NCBI GenBank assembly: GCA_964561995.1
Contig: CAZLQZ010000004.1
Coordinates: 16,717 to 80,716, forward strand
Direction of reading: 5' to 3'
DNA: 64,000 nt
From: an uncultured Methanosarcinales archaeon
GTDB lineage: Archaea > Nanobdellota > Nanobdellia > Woesearchaeales > JABIAG01
The translations under genes were made by a program, and so were the position numbers. Shown piece by piece: positions 26,983 to 37,616 of this stretch (within the stretch, counting starts at the first letter, position 1; each line of letters opens with the position of its first letter). The notes under the pieces are model-generated. The model saw only the letters and a list, made by a program, of their open reading frames with translations. It was not told where the DNA came from and did no database searches.

Positions 26983-28620
26983 TTAATATACTCCTCTTGA
27001 TATGTGTCCTTTAGTAAAACCTTTGCTTATTTTTTTGATGTTGATTTTTTCACCATCTAAAATTTTATCATAAATGTCTAACCATTTTGTAACTCTTTTA
27101 TCTAAATCAAAGTAAAATTGATTTATTCCTTCTTTTTTCAAATTTATAATTGAATCTAATAATGCAATTTGTTTTGAATTAAAAACTTTCCAATAATCTT
27201 TTTCTTTAATAACTTTATATTCATATTGTTCATATTTTAGTGAAGATGGGAGAGGATTTTTAGTTGTCATAACAGTAATATTTCCTTGAACTAATACTAA
27301 GAAGTCTTTATTTTTAAAACTAGTTAATTCTTGGAAGTTTAATTCTGGGCTAATGATTCCTTTACCAAAAAATTCTAAATCGTAGTCATTAAATAAATTC
27401 ATTCCGTAATTACAAATTGAATTAAATTTATCTTTAAATCCGAATGAATTAACAATTACTCCTTTGGGATTTATTTTGTTAACTTTTTCTACATATTTTT
27501 CAATTTCTTCATCACTAATTATTGTTGGTAAAACTAAATAAAAATCTTTTTTACATCTTTTTTTTGCTTCCATTACGTTTTCACTATCAATATTATAAAA
27601 AATTGCTTTAACTCTATCAAATTGGTTTGCTTCTTCAATACTTTTTAAATTGTAAACTTTAACATAAAAACCTTCTTTAGAATTTTTTGGTTCTATTTTT
27701 GGTAAAGTAAATTCAACATATTTTCTTTCAATAACAATTGGTTTTTTATTGTTAATATAGTTGTAAGGTTCATAATATATTTCATCAAAAATAATGTTTT
27801 GTTTGGATGTTTTATTTTCTTCTTTTGAAAAAAATCCTTCTGTTAATTCTCGTTTAAATGCTGTTTTTATATATTCATAATCATTTTGAGTTATTTCATT
27901 GCCATCTAATGCTTTTCTATAAACTAATGCAACTTTTTTTAGATATTCTTTGCTTCTTAATCTTCCTTCAATTTTTAATGAAACTGCACTTATTTCATTT
28001 ATTTTTTTAAGTAAAGAAAGATCTTTCATACTCATCAAATATTCATCATTATATTCTTTTCTGCAAGGTTGGGCACAAAATCCTCTGTTTCCACTTCTTC
28101 CGCCAATAAATGAAGACATTAAACATAATCCTGAAACGCAAAAACATAATGCTCCTTGAACAAATATTTCTACAGGCATAATCTTGCTAATTTCGTTTAT
28201 TTCTTCTTTGGATAATTCTCTTGGTAAAATTACTCTGTCAACGTATTTTAAGTTTTTTAAATTTTGAACACGAGCTTGAGTTGATAAATGGACATTTAAA
28301 CCAGGGAAATTATCTTTAATAATTTTTGCAAAAGAAATGTGTTGAATAATTATTGCATCTGCATTTGCTAAGTAAATTTCATTAACTGCTTCAAAGAATT
28401 CTTTGATTTCTTGATTTTTAACTAAAGTATTCATGGTAACGTAAACTTTTACGCCATTTTTATGACAATATACTACTGCTTCGTTTAAATCTTCGAAAGA
28501 AAAGTTTCCAGCCTTTAGTCTAGCATTGAATTTATTTATACCCAAATAAACCGCATCTGCTCCATTTTCTACTGCAACTTCTAGTTTTTCAAAGTTTCCT
28601 GCAGGTAATAGTAATTCCAT
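26983..28620 (-). CDS. Peptidase U32 family protein (collagenase-like / RlhA-TrhP-type)
   Basis: MELLLPAGNFEKLEVAVENGADAVYLG and EIFVQGALCFCVSGLCLMSS (U32 signature with conserved Cys). Confidence 0.75.
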   Translation of the reverse strand: MELLLPAGNFEKLEVAVENGADAVYLGINKFNARLKAGNFSFEDLNEAVVYCHKNGVKVYVTMNTLVKNQEIKEFFEAVNEIYLANADAIIIQHISFAKIIKDNFPGLNVHLSTQARVQNLKNLKYVDRVILPRELSKEEINEISKIMPVEIFVQGALCFCVSGLCLMSSFIGGRSGNRGFCAQPCRKEYNDEYLMSMKDLSLLKKINEISAVSLKIEGRLRSKEYLKKVALVYRKALDGNEITQNDYEYIKTAFKRELTEGFFSKEENKTSKQNIIFDEIYYEPYNYINNKKPIVIERKYVEFTLPKIEPKNSKEGFYVKVYNLKSIEEANQFDRVKAIFYNIDSENVMEAKKRCKKDFYLVLPTIISDEEIEKYVEKVNKINPKGVIVNSFGFKDKFNSICNYGMNLFNDYDLEFFGKGIISPELNFQELTSFKNKDFLVLVQGNITVMTTKNPLPSSLKYEQYEYKVIKEKDYWKVFNSKQIALLDSIINLKKEGINQFYFDLDKRVTKWLDIYDKILDGEKINIKKISKGFTKGHISRGVY

Positions 28621-28704
28621 GGTTAAAGTTATGATGATTACTTTATATAGCTATTGATTCAATTATTCCAAATCTTTATAAGATTATAGAGATTAAACCT
28701 CTTT

Positions 28705-29442
28705 ATGAAATGGATGTTAATTATTTTATTACTCATTTTAACTGCTTGTACAACTGGTAATGCTGTTAAAGATATAAATGAAACTGAGTTGCCCGATTGT
28801 AAAGAAATAATCTGTAACTCGCCTTATATTAGGTTTGAGTATTCTTGTTGTTTAGATACTGATTCTAATAGTATTTGTGATGATGATGAAGTTAAAGAAA
28901 AAAATAATAAGGTTACATTGAATGATGTTGCTAAATTATTTGCTGAATATAGAGAAAATCATGATTATGATAAAATCTATGACCTTTTAATTGAAGAAAA
29001 AAGAGATTATATTGATCAGTACGATTTTATTTCTTTATTTCCTGGAATTGAATTTGGTTTTGATAATGTAATTTTAGGCACTGAAGTTGAAAGGAGAGTT
29101 GCTGATGATCCAATTGATGAAATAAATGTGAAAAAGGTTTATACTAATAATAGTGTTGTTTATGAAGTTGAATTAACTACGGGTGGAACTATTGAAAAAC
29201 AATATGATTTTGTTATTGAAAATGATGAATGGAAATTAGATGCTTATGACTATATTATATATAGGAGTTGTTATGCAGTTATTGATTGTAATGATTTTTC
29301 TTTTGAGTGTGAAGTAACTTGTAAAGATTCTTTTTCAGAATTAAGTGATGAAGATTCTTTTTTATGTAGGGATGATTTGTGTCATTGTAAATGTATTGAT
29401 AAAAATGGTTATGGTAGATTCTTTGTGCCCGATGTTGAATAA
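28705..29442 (+). CDS. Secreted Cys-rich protein (lipobox-like LTAC), hypothetical
   Basis: Signal peptide and many paired Cys. Confidence 0.45.
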   Translation: MKWMLIILLLILTACTTGNAVKDINETELPDCKEIICNSPYIRFEYSCCLDTDSNSICDDDEVKEKNNKVTLNDVAKLFAEYRENHDYDKIYDLLIEEKRDYIDQYDFISLFPGIEFGFDNVILGTEVERRVADDPIDEINVKKVYTNNSVVYEVELTTGGTIEKQYDFVIENDEWKLDAYDYIIYRSCYAVIDCNDFSFECEVTCKDSFSELSDEDSFLCRDDLCHCKCIDKNGYGRFFVPDVE

Positions 29443-29644
29443 ATTTAAGGGTTGTGTTTTTGTTAATAATTAATTCTTATTTTTAAAAAAATAAAAAAAG
29501 TTTATGATACTCTTTTTGGTAGAGTAATTGTAAAATTAGTTTTATGAATAATTAAAGAAAAGCACGTCACAGCTCTTTTTATTTTTGCTTTCTTTATTTG
29601 ATATTCTTTTATTTTATTTAATTATTCATTTTATTTCATATTTT

Positions 29645-30370
29645 TCATTTAGTATTCATTTTTTCTTTTTCCCATGTCCAAATCAGTAAGGAATGTTCTT
29701 TTTCTTCTTTTTCGTTTTGGTAGGCGTCAATAACTGCGACTCTATTAAAGTCATATACTTTAATAAGATTAGTTATATTTTCAATTTCTCGAGATTCACA
29801 GTCCTTTTTAAAAAATTCATTTTCTCGTGCATAGGGTTTTTGAAGAGTTTGTTCTAAATTTTCAGGATTTTCACTAAATCCTTTACCTTTTGCCTGTTGA
29901 GAATAAATTAAACAATCCATGCCAGACATCTCTTTTAAACGCTCATCTGCATTTAGATATGTTCTAAGACACGTTTTTCCATGTATGAAAAAATATTTAA
30001 ATAATTCTTCATAATGTGATCTGTTTTGATTAACATCATATAAACATTGGATGTCTACATATTGTTGACGACAACAAGATACTTCTGGAAAAACTAAAGC
30101 CGCATAATCTGCATTTTTACCTTCAACAATTTTAAATTCATCGATATTTAAAATGGTTTTAGTAAAATCTTCATTTAGCCAAAATTGAACAAATTCAGTA
30201 TTTATTTCATTTGATCTTTCTTTATTAAAAAAAAGATCTAATCCTTGATTATTAATTTTTTTTTCCCTGGTGTAAATCTTTTTATCTATTTTCCATATTT
30301 CGTCTTTTTTTTCTCTTTCTGCTTCTCGTCTTAATTTTTCTTTTTTTTTGTTCATTTGTTTTAAATTCAT
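29645..30370 (-). CDS. Hypothetical protein
   Basis: 241-aa ORF; basic N-terminus. Confidence 0.4.
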   Translation of the reverse strand: MNLKQMNKKKEKLRREAEREKKDEIWKIDKKIYTREKKINNQGLDLFFNKERSNEINTEFVQFWLNEDFTKTILNIDEFKIVEGKNADYAALVFPEVSCCRQQYVDIQCLYDVNQNRSHYEELFKYFFIHGKTCLRTYLNADERLKEMSGMDCLIYSQQAKGKGFSENPENLEQTLQKPYARENEFFKKDCESREIENITNLIKVYDFNRVAVIDAYQNEKEEKEHSLLIWTWEKEKMNTK

Positions 30371-30487
30371 TTTTGCACCTCTTTTGTTTCTTTACTACTG
30401 TGAAGAGACGGTTCAATATAACTGTTTGTGTCCACATTTGTGGATTCAAATCAAAAACTATTTAAATGATATTACATTTATTCTATT

Positions 30488-31213
30488 ATGGATACTACAA
30501 TTCTCGAGGATATTGGTTTAACTCAAGTTGAAATTAAGGTTTTTCTTGCATTAATTGATTTGGGTTCATCAAATGCGGGAGACATTATGGAGAAAACAGG
30601 ACTCCAAAATACTACTGTTCACAGAGCATTTCACTCTTTGGCTGGAAAAGGATTGCTCACTTACATCTTAGTTAGTAAAAAGAAAAATTATCAAGCAGTT
30701 GACCCTGATTTACTTCTAACACACTTAGAAGAAAAACGTGCAAATTTACAAAGTATAATTCCTGAATTGAAAGAAAGAATTAAAGCATCGGGTTCTAAAC
30801 CACAAGTAATTGTTTATCAAGGAGTTAAAGGAGCTAAAGAGCTTCTTCATCAAATGCTAGACACAGATTCAAAGGAATATGTGGCTTATGGAGGAAATCA
30901 AACTAATGTTAATCTTTTCGGAGATTTCTTTTGGAAGAACTTTCATAATAAACGTTATCAAAAAAAAATTAAAGCAAAATTAATTTTTCATAATTCATTA
31001 AAACATTGGGTTCCCATTCTTAATAAATATCCATTAACAGAAGTCAAAACTACTAAGCATATATTTGAACAAATGACTGAAACAGTAATCTGTGGAAATA
31101 AAGTTGCAATACTGGTATATTTGCCTAAACCGTTTGGTGTTCTTATAGACGAAAAAACAGCTGCCGATTCATATAGAAAATTCTTTGATATATTGTGGAG
31201 TTCATCGACATAA
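30488..31213 (+). CDS. TrmB-family transcriptional regulator
   Basis: LTQVEIKVFLALIDLGSSNAGDIMEKTGL HTH plus a C-terminal TrmB-like effector domain. Confidence 0.65.
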   Translation: MDTTILEDIGLTQVEIKVFLALIDLGSSNAGDIMEKTGLQNTTVHRAFHSLAGKGLLTYILVSKKKNYQAVDPDLLLTHLEEKRANLQSIIPELKERIKASGSKPQVIVYQGVKGAKELLHQMLDTDSKEYVAYGGNQTNVNLFGDFFWKNFHNKRYQKKIKAKLIFHNSLKHWVPILNKYPLTEVKTTKHIFEQMTETVICGNKVAILVYLPKPFGVLIDEKTAADSYRKFFDILWSSST

Positions 31214-31273
31214 AAGAACAAATGGCAAAATTCAATCATAAAACTTTTAAACAAAATATATTTTATTAATATA

Positions 31274-32239
31274 ATGGCAAAAGTTTATTTTTCAAAAGAC
31301 GTTAGTAAATTAATTAATTTTCTTCCTAAATTTAATGGTAAGACTGCTGTAAAAGTTCATTTTGGTGAGAAAGGAAATTCTCGTTTTGTTAAACCTGAGT
31401 TAATTAAAGTAATAACTGATAAATTGAATGATTTTTATCTTACTGATACTAATACTTTGTATGCTGGACAAAGATTAAATTCAAAAGATCATTTACAATT
31501 AGCTAAAAAACATGGTTTTGGTAATTTTCCATTATTAATTAATGATGATGAAGTTCAAATTGAAATTAATAAAAATATTTTTTCTAAAGTTAAAATTGGA
31601 AAAACAATTGCTTCTGCTGATTCAATGGTTGTTGTATCACATTTTAAAGGACATATCTTGTTTGGTTTTGGTGGGGCATTAAAGAATATTGGAATGGGTT
31701 GCGGCTCGAGAGGTGGAAAGTTAGAAATGCATTCGAAAATTAAACCTTCAGTTGATTCTTCTTGTATTGGTTGTGGTAAATGTATTGAAAATTGTTCTGT
31801 AAATGCAATTAAATTAGTTGATGGTATTGCAGAAATAAATAAAGATATTTGTACTGGATGTGCTAAATGTATTGGTGTTTGTCCAACAAGAGCAGTAAAG
31901 ATACCATGGCATGGCGCAACATCTAATGAAGCGCAAGAAAGATGTGCTGAATATGCATTTGGTGCTACAAAAAATAAGAATTGTGTTTATTTTAATTTTG
32001 TTATTGATATTACTAAGGATTGTGATTGTGCTGCTGACTCTGAAATTATCGGTAGTGATGTAGGAGTTTTATTTTCAAAAGATCCAGTAGCAATAGATCA
32101 AGCAGCTTATGATTTAATTGTTAAAGAACAAGGTGATATTTTTTTAAAAAATACGAGTGTGGATGGTACTCATATATTGAAATATTCTGAAGAGATAGGT
32201 TTGGGTTGTAAGGATTATGAATTGGTTGTTATAGAATAA
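31274..32239 (+). CDS. DUF362-domain protein with a 2x[4Fe-4S] ferredoxin insert
   Basis: CIGCGKCIENC and CTGCAKCIGVCP cluster motifs in a DUF362-like scaffold. Confidence 0.6.
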   Translation: MAKVYFSKDVSKLINFLPKFNGKTAVKVHFGEKGNSRFVKPELIKVITDKLNDFYLTDTNTLYAGQRLNSKDHLQLAKKHGFGNFPLLINDDEVQIEINKNIFSKVKIGKTIASADSMVVVSHFKGHILFGFGGALKNIGMGCGSRGGKLEMHSKIKPSVDSSCIGCGKCIENCSVNAIKLVDGIAEINKDICTGCAKCIGVCPTRAVKIPWHGATSNEAQERCAEYAFGATKNKNCVYFNFVIDITKDCDCAADSEIIGSDVGVLFSKDPVAIDQAAYDLIVKEQGDIFLKNTSVDGTHILKYSEEIGLGCKDYELVVIE

Positions 32240-32407
32240 AAAGAATGTTCTTTTGTACTTTTATTTTTTATCTTTAATAAAATCCCTTTTCGGTTAGGAT
32301 TTAAAATTAAATTTTTCAATAGTAAAACCTAAACGTTTATAACTAAAAAGTAATTATTTATCTAGTTTTTGGGAGTTTAAATTAAACAAATCTCAGTTTT
32401 TAAAAAA

Positions 32408-35401
32408 ATGAAAGAAATTAAAGGAGAACTTGAAAAAAGAATAGATCAATACAGCCTAGCTTTTGCTCAGTTACCTGATTCTATACTTATTACAGATTCT
32501 AAATTCAATATAGTTTCAGTTAACAAGCCATTTGAAGAACTTTTTGGTTATACTTTGGAAGAAATTGTAGGAAAAACACCTGACATGTTAAATGGTGAGC
32601 CAAATTCAGAAAAGATTCAGCGAAAGATTTATGATGATATTGCTACTGGTGCCTGGAGAGGTTCTTTTGAAAATGTAAAAAAAGATGGTAGTACATTTAC
32701 TTGTGATATGACTATTTCAGCATTAAAAGATGAACAAGGTGAACTATTTGCTTATGTTGGGACTCAAAAAGATATTACTGAACGTAAGAAAGCAGAATTA
32801 GAATTAAAAGAAAGTGAGCAAAATTTAAATTCATTAATCTTTTCGATGATTGAAGGCTTTTGTGTTCATAAGCTTATTCGTGATGAAAATGGTATTGCAG
32901 TTGATTATAGAATTGTGAGTGCAAACCCTGCGTATGAAAAATATACTGGAATAAAAATAGAAGAAGTTGTAGGTAAGTTAGGAACAGAAGTTTATGGAGC
33001 TAAAGAAGCTCCTTTCTTAGAAAGATATGCAAGAGTTATTGAAACAGGAGAACCAGATTTTTTTGATGTTTTTTTTGAACCTCTAGGCAAGCATTTTGAT
33101 ATTTCAGTTTTTTCTCCAGAAAAAGATGTTTTTGTAACTACATTTAATGATATCACTAAAAAAAAACAATCAGAACAAGAATTGAAAGAAAGAAATAAGG
33201 AACTTAATGGACTATATAATCTAGGACAATTAGTAGAAGAAACTAGAAGTTTAGATGAATTATTGCCCAGATTAGCAAAAGAAATTATCTCTCCAAGTAT
33301 GAAATTTTCAGATAGAGTTCATATAGGATTCCAACTTGACAAAAAGGATTATATCACCTGTCATGAACACAAAGCGAACGAGATTCCATATTCTCTTTCT
33401 GCACCCATTTTAATTAAAGGAAAGCAAAGAGGCCAATTAATAGTTGGTTATTTGGAAGATTTACCTTTTGAAAAAGATTTTGAGAAAAAACTTGTTGATA
33501 GTTATGCAAACAGTTTGGGAAAGACTATTGAAAGATTTGAAGCAGAACAAGAATTGAAAGAAAGCGAAAAAAAGTATAAAAGATTATTTGAATCTTCTAG
33601 AGACGCTATTATGACTTTAAATCCTCCTTCTTGGTTATTCACTGCAGGAAATAAATCTACTTTAGAAATGTTCCTATGTGAAGATGAAAATGATTTCATT
33701 TCAAGAACACCTGATAATTATTCGCCAGAATATCAGCCTGATGGAGAATTATCTAGTACAAAATCTATAACTATGATAAACCGAGCGATGAAAGAAGGAT
33801 CTTATTTCTTTGAATGGAGTCATAAAAAATCAGATGGGCAAGAATTTCCAGCAACAGTTCTATTAAGCAGAATTGAAGAAGATGGCCTAAAATATTTACA
33901 AGCTACAGTCAGAGATATAACAGACAGAAAAAAATCAGAACAAGAATTAAAAGAAAGTAAGACGAAATACAAGGCCTTATTTGAATCTAATCCTGATGGG
34001 ATAATCACAGTAGATATTACCACAAAAAAATTCACCTACGTTAACCCCTCTGTATGTAGTATGTTAGGGTATACTCAAGAAGAGTTAGTGGGTATGGGTG
34101 TGATGGATATTCATCCAAAAGACGATTTGGAACATGTAATCTCTGAATTTGAGGCTCAGGGAAGAGGAGATAAAACATTAGCTAATGGCATTCCTTGTTT
34201 AAAAAAAGATGGCACGATAATATATGCCGATGTCGCATCAGCCCCTTATTATAGAAAGGGAATTAAGTATAATATTGGCTTTTTTAGAGATATCACCGAA
34301 CGTAAAAAAACAGAAGCACAACTTATTGAAGCACAAAAGATGGATTCTATTGGAAATCTTGCAGGGGGTATAGCTCATGATTTTAATAATCTTTTAGCAG
34401 CTTCTATGGGTTATGCTGAGTTATTATCACAAGAAGAGAATCCAATAAAGAAGAGAAGATATATTGATAGGATTTTAGTAGCAAATGAACGTATGGAAGA
34501 ACTTACACAAAAATTACTTGGTTTTGCTAGAAGGGCGGATACAACTAAACAAGCTGTAAATTTAAATCAGGTTGTTAATGGAGCTTATTCTTTGCTTGAA
34601 GTTAATGAAAAAGGTATTGATTTAGAAATAAATCTTGGAGATTTAGTTACAATAGATGCAGATCAGACACAAATGATGCAGATTGTGATGAATCTGTGTG
34701 TTAATTCAATTGATGCAATGCAAGAACATGAAACATTATCTATTAATACTTATACTTTAAATGGAAGAGTACATCTAAAAGTAACTGATACAGGTTATGG
34801 TATGGATGAAGAAACACTTAAACATGTTTATGACCCATACTTCACTACAAAAAAAACTGGAGAAGTAAAAGGCACAGGACTTGGTATGGCTAGTGTTTAT
34901 GGAATTGTTGTTGATCATAATGCGCAAATAACTATTGATTCTGTTGTTGGAAAAGGAACAACCGTCGAGATTAGTTTTCCTAGTGGAGAAAAACCGTATA
35001 AAGTTAGTGGGGATAGTTATCAAGAAACGGGGAGAGAACTAGATGGTGCTCAAATTTTATTAGTTGAAGATGATGAACAAGTAGGGGAAATGCTTACTGA
35101 TATGTTACCTCTCTTGGGATATGAGTTGATATGGGCAAAAACTGGTGAAGAAGCTGTTGTTATGTTTAAAAAAAATCAAGATATTATTCATGCTGTGATT
35201 TTAGATTATAAGTTGCCTGATTTTAATGGCGATAAAGTTTATACTAGGATGAAAGAGCTTGCAGATATTCCTACTTTAATGGTGTCAGGGTTTGCTGTTG
35301 ATAAAGCTCAGGCATGTTTAGATTTAGGGGTAAAAGAATTCTTAGGAAAACCATATCGTATGGGTGAATTGTCTAGTGCATTGGAAAGAATAATGAGTTA
35401 A
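32408..35401 (+). CDS. Hybrid sensor histidine kinase: multiple PAS/PAC domains, HisKA, HATPase_c, C-terminal receiver
   Basis: H-box HDFNNLL; G-boxes DTGYGMD and GTGLGMASVYGIV; REC ILLVEDDEQVGEML with the conserved Asp region. Confidence 0.85.
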   Translation: MKEIKGELEKRIDQYSLAFAQLPDSILITDSKFNIVSVNKPFEELFGYTLEEIVGKTPDMLNGEPNSEKIQRKIYDDIATGAWRGSFENVKKDGSTFTCDMTISALKDEQGELFAYVGTQKDITERKKAELELKESEQNLNSLIFSMIEGFCVHKLIRDENGIAVDYRIVSANPAYEKYTGIKIEEVVGKLGTEVYGAKEAPFLERYARVIETGEPDFFDVFFEPLGKHFDISVFSPEKDVFVTTFNDITKKKQSEQELKERNKELNGLYNLGQLVEETRSLDELLPRLAKEIISPSMKFSDRVHIGFQLDKKDYITCHEHKANEIPYSLSAPILIKGKQRGQLIVGYLEDLPFEKDFEKKLVDSYANSLGKTIERFEAEQELKESEKKYKRLFESSRDAIMTLNPPSWLFTAGNKSTLEMFLCEDENDFISRTPDNYSPEYQPDGELSSTKSITMINRAMKEGSYFFEWSHKKSDGQEFPATVLLSRIEEDGLKYLQATVRDITDRKKSEQELKESKTKYKALFESNPDGIITVDITTKKFTYVNPSVCSMLGYTQEELVGMGVMDIHPKDDLEHVISEFEAQGRGDKTLANGIPCLKKDGTIIYADVASAPYYRKGIKYNIGFFRDITERKKTEAQLIEAQKMDSIGNLAGGIAHDFNNLLAASMGYAELLSQEENPIKKRRYIDRILVANERMEELTQKLLGFARRADTTKQAVNLNQVVNGAYSLLEVNEKGIDLEINLGDLVTIDADQTQMMQIVMNLCVNSIDAMQEHETLSINTYTLNGRVHLKVTDTGYGMDEETLKHVYDPYFTTKKTGEVKGTGLGMASVYGIVVDHNAQITIDSVVGKGTTVEISFPSGEKPYKVSGDSYQETGRELDGAQILLVEDDEQVGEMLTDMLPLLGYELIWAKTGEEAVVMFKKNQDIIHAVILDYKLPDFNGDKVYTRMKELADIPTLMVSGFAVDKAQACLDLGVKEFLGKPYRMGELSSALERIMS

Positions 35402-35575
35402 AGAATTAATTATATCTGGCTATTTTAAAGAAAGTGCTTAAGAAATTTTAGAAGATGAAGCATTAGAATTTTTAATGAAACTTTTTGATAAAGATTAGAT
35501 TTCTCAAACTTTGAACGAAATGTTGCAATGATAATGTATTATATTCTTCGAGATTAATATATAAAGAAAAAAGTA

Positions 35576-35659
35576 CGCCACAGCCCAGATTTGAACTGGG
35601 ATATCCTTGCGGAAACGAGCTTTCCAGGCTCGCGCAGTACCAGGTTGTGCCACTGTGGC
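35576..35659 (-). tRNA. tRNA-Ser (anticodon GGA), long variable arm, no intron
   Basis: Minus-strand read GCCACAG...CGAGC-CTGGAAA-GCTCG...CCCAG-TTCAAAT-CTGGG-CTGTGGC-G; TTTATAAA box about 28 nt upstream. Confidence 0.75.
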
Positions 35660-35842
35660 TTAACAACTAGGGACTATATTCCATTTATAAAATTTGTCAT
35701 TTTCCTCTAGAAATAACGAAAAGTTTAAATACTAGTTTGCTCAGAGGATAAACAGACGTTAAAAAACGTTATGAAACCTTTTTTTGGTTTCGGCCAAAAA
35801 AGTTTATGCTTTTTTGAGTAAAAAACATGTGGGGGTATTAAC

Positions 35843-36079
35843 ATGGCACAAAAAGTAGAAAAAGTAGGAGTTAAAAAAGAAAAAGGACATCTGTATTTCG
35901 TAGATAAGAATGGTGATGTTTCTAGAGCAGTTATGGCTAGAGGCGGAAGAAAGAAAACAGGAAAAGCAAAAAAAGAAAAAGTTGCTAAAGTTGGCGTTAA
36001 AAAAGAATCCGGTTATCTATATTTCATTGATAAAGCAGGAGACATATCAAGAGCTAAAATGGCAAGAGGCAGAAAATAA
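35843..36079 (+). CDS. Small basic protein of two tandem ~32-aa repeats (SH3-like/Sul7d-flavoured; candidate nucleic-acid-binding protein)
   Basis: KVGVKKEKGHLYFVDKNGDVSRAVMARGGRKK / KVGVKKESGYLYFIDKAGDISRAKMARGRK. The repeats diverge at synonymous sites; SD GGGGGT upstream. Confidence 0.5.
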   Translation: MAQKVEKVGVKKEKGHLYFVDKNGDVSRAVMARGGRKKTGKAKKEKVAKVGVKKESGYLYFIDKAGDISRAKMARGRK

Positions 36080-36109
36080 GCCTCTCTTTTTTTATTTTTT
36101 ATTAAACAA

Positions 36110-36508
36110 ATGAAATATTTTAAGGGTTTTATTGCGGGCATGATTTTACCAGCAGTAATTTCACCCTTTGTTATTTCATTTTTCATTCTACAAAATGAAT
36201 TAATCGCAGTTCAAAAACTTCCATTTATATTTTTTGGTCCTATTTTGTGGGGATTGTGGAATGTTTTATTTTTAACAACTAAGAAAAAAGTTCCTATTCA
36301 AGACAGAAATGTTAAAATTGGTGTTTATGGTGCAGTTTATGGTCTGTTAACTGTTTTGATTAATGCATTATATTTTGAATTCACTTCAATTATTCCTTCA
36401 TTTTCAGATTCATTTATTATTTGGGCAGTAATATTTTATCCAATAGTTTTATTTTTTGCATGGAAATATATAGTAAATGCATTAAATATGATACTTGAAA
36501 TATATTAA
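36110..36508 (+). CDS. Small membrane protein (4 TM), hypothetical
   Basis: Hydrophobic helices. Confidence 0.35.
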   Translation: MKYFKGFIAGMILPAVISPFVISFFILQNELIAVQKLPFIFFGPILWGLWNVLFLTTKKKVPIQDRNVKIGVYGAVYGLLTVLINALYFEFTSIIPSFSDSFIIWAVIFYPIVLFFAWKYIVNALNMILEIY

Positions 36509-36529
36509 TTAAATAAAAAGAGGTGTTTT

Positions 36530-37522
36530 ATGGTATTAAGAATAGCGATTAATGGGTTTGGAAGAATTGGGAGAATGGTTTACAAAGCTTCTTTATCAAA
36601 TTCTAAGATTGAAGTTGTTGCAGTTAATGATTTGGGTGACAAAAATTTAATGGCACATTTGTTAAAATATGATTCAATACAACCAGTTAATGTAAAAGAT
36701 GTTAAAGTAAAAGGTGACTATTTAATTGTTAATGGAAATAAAATTCAAATGTTTTCAGAAAAAGAGCCTAATAAACTTCCTTGGAAAGATTTAGATATTG
36801 ATGTTGTTTGTGAATCTACTGGATTTTTTAGAACTAAAGAAAAAGCATCACTACATTTAGATGCTGGTGCAAAGAAAGTATTAATTTCTGCTCCTGCTAA
36901 AGGCGACAAACCAGTTAAAACAATTGTTATGGGTGTTAATGACAATTTAATAAAAAAATCCGATAAAATTTTGTCTAATGCTTCTTGTACTACAAATTCA
37001 CTCGCTCCAATGGCAAAAGTTCTTAACGATAATTTTAAAATTGTAAAAGGTTTTTTTACAACAGTTCATGCTTATACTGTTACACAAAATATAGTTGATG
37101 GACCTCATAAAGATTGGAGAAGAGCAAGAGCAGCAGCAATGAATATTATTCCTACTTCAACGGGCGCTGCAAAAGCTGCAGAATTAGCTTTGCCTTCATT
37201 AAAAGGTAAATTGGATGGAATTGCAATGAGAGTTCCAGTTGCTGCAGGTTCAATTACTGATTTGTCTGTAAATGTTTCAAAAAATGTAACTCTTGATCAA
37301 GTTAATAATGCTTTTAAAATGGCAGCAAAGAAAATGAAGGGAGTTTTAAGTTATTCAAAAGAACCTTTAGTAAGTTCTGACATTGTTGGTAATAGTTCTT
37401 CAGTTATTTTTGATTCGGAGTTGACAAAAGTTAATGGTAACCTGATAAAAGTTTGCGGATGGTATGACAATGAATGGGGTTATAGTAATAGAATGATTGA
37501 TATTATGTCAAAGATGAGGTAA
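36530..37522 (+). CDS. gap: Glyceraldehyde-3-phosphate dehydrogenase, type I (bacterial/eukaryal type)
   Basis: INGFGRIGR; SNASCTTNSLAP (catalytic Cys); WYDNEWGYS. Confidence 0.9.
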   Translation: MVLRIAINGFGRIGRMVYKASLSNSKIEVVAVNDLGDKNLMAHLLKYDSIQPVNVKDVKVKGDYLIVNGNKIQMFSEKEPNKLPWKDLDIDVVCESTGFFRTKEKASLHLDAGAKKVLISAPAKGDKPVKTIVMGVNDNLIKKSDKILSNASCTTNSLAPMAKVLNDNFKIVKGFFTTVHAYTVTQNIVDGPHKDWRRARAAAMNIIPTSTGAAKAAELALPSLKGKLDGIAMRVPVAAGSITDLSVNVSKNVTLDQVNNAFKMAAKKMKGVLSYSKEPLVSSDIVGNSSSVIFDSELTKVNGNLIKVCGWYDNEWGYSNRMIDIMSKMR

Positions 37523-37616
37523 AAATGAGTGATGATTTCAAAAAAAATTTAGCCTATTGGATTGGGATTGCAGCAATTATTTTTACTGTAATTATGATTT
37601 TAATTCAGGTTTTAAA

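Noticed and set aside
32270-32300. Hairpin AAATCC-N11-GGATTT after the DUF362 gene as a specific regulatory element
   Set aside because: Short stem; more likely part of a T-rich terminator region; not distinctive enough to call.
35472-35666. Minus-strand 64-aa ORF
   Set aside because: It covers the tRNA-Ser gene on the same strand; the tRNA fold explains the sequence.
35910-36113. Alternative +2-frame ORF (67 aa) overlapping the tandem-repeat protein gene
   Set aside because: The Lys/Glu-rich translation is a frame-shifted shadow of the basic repeat protein; no SD.
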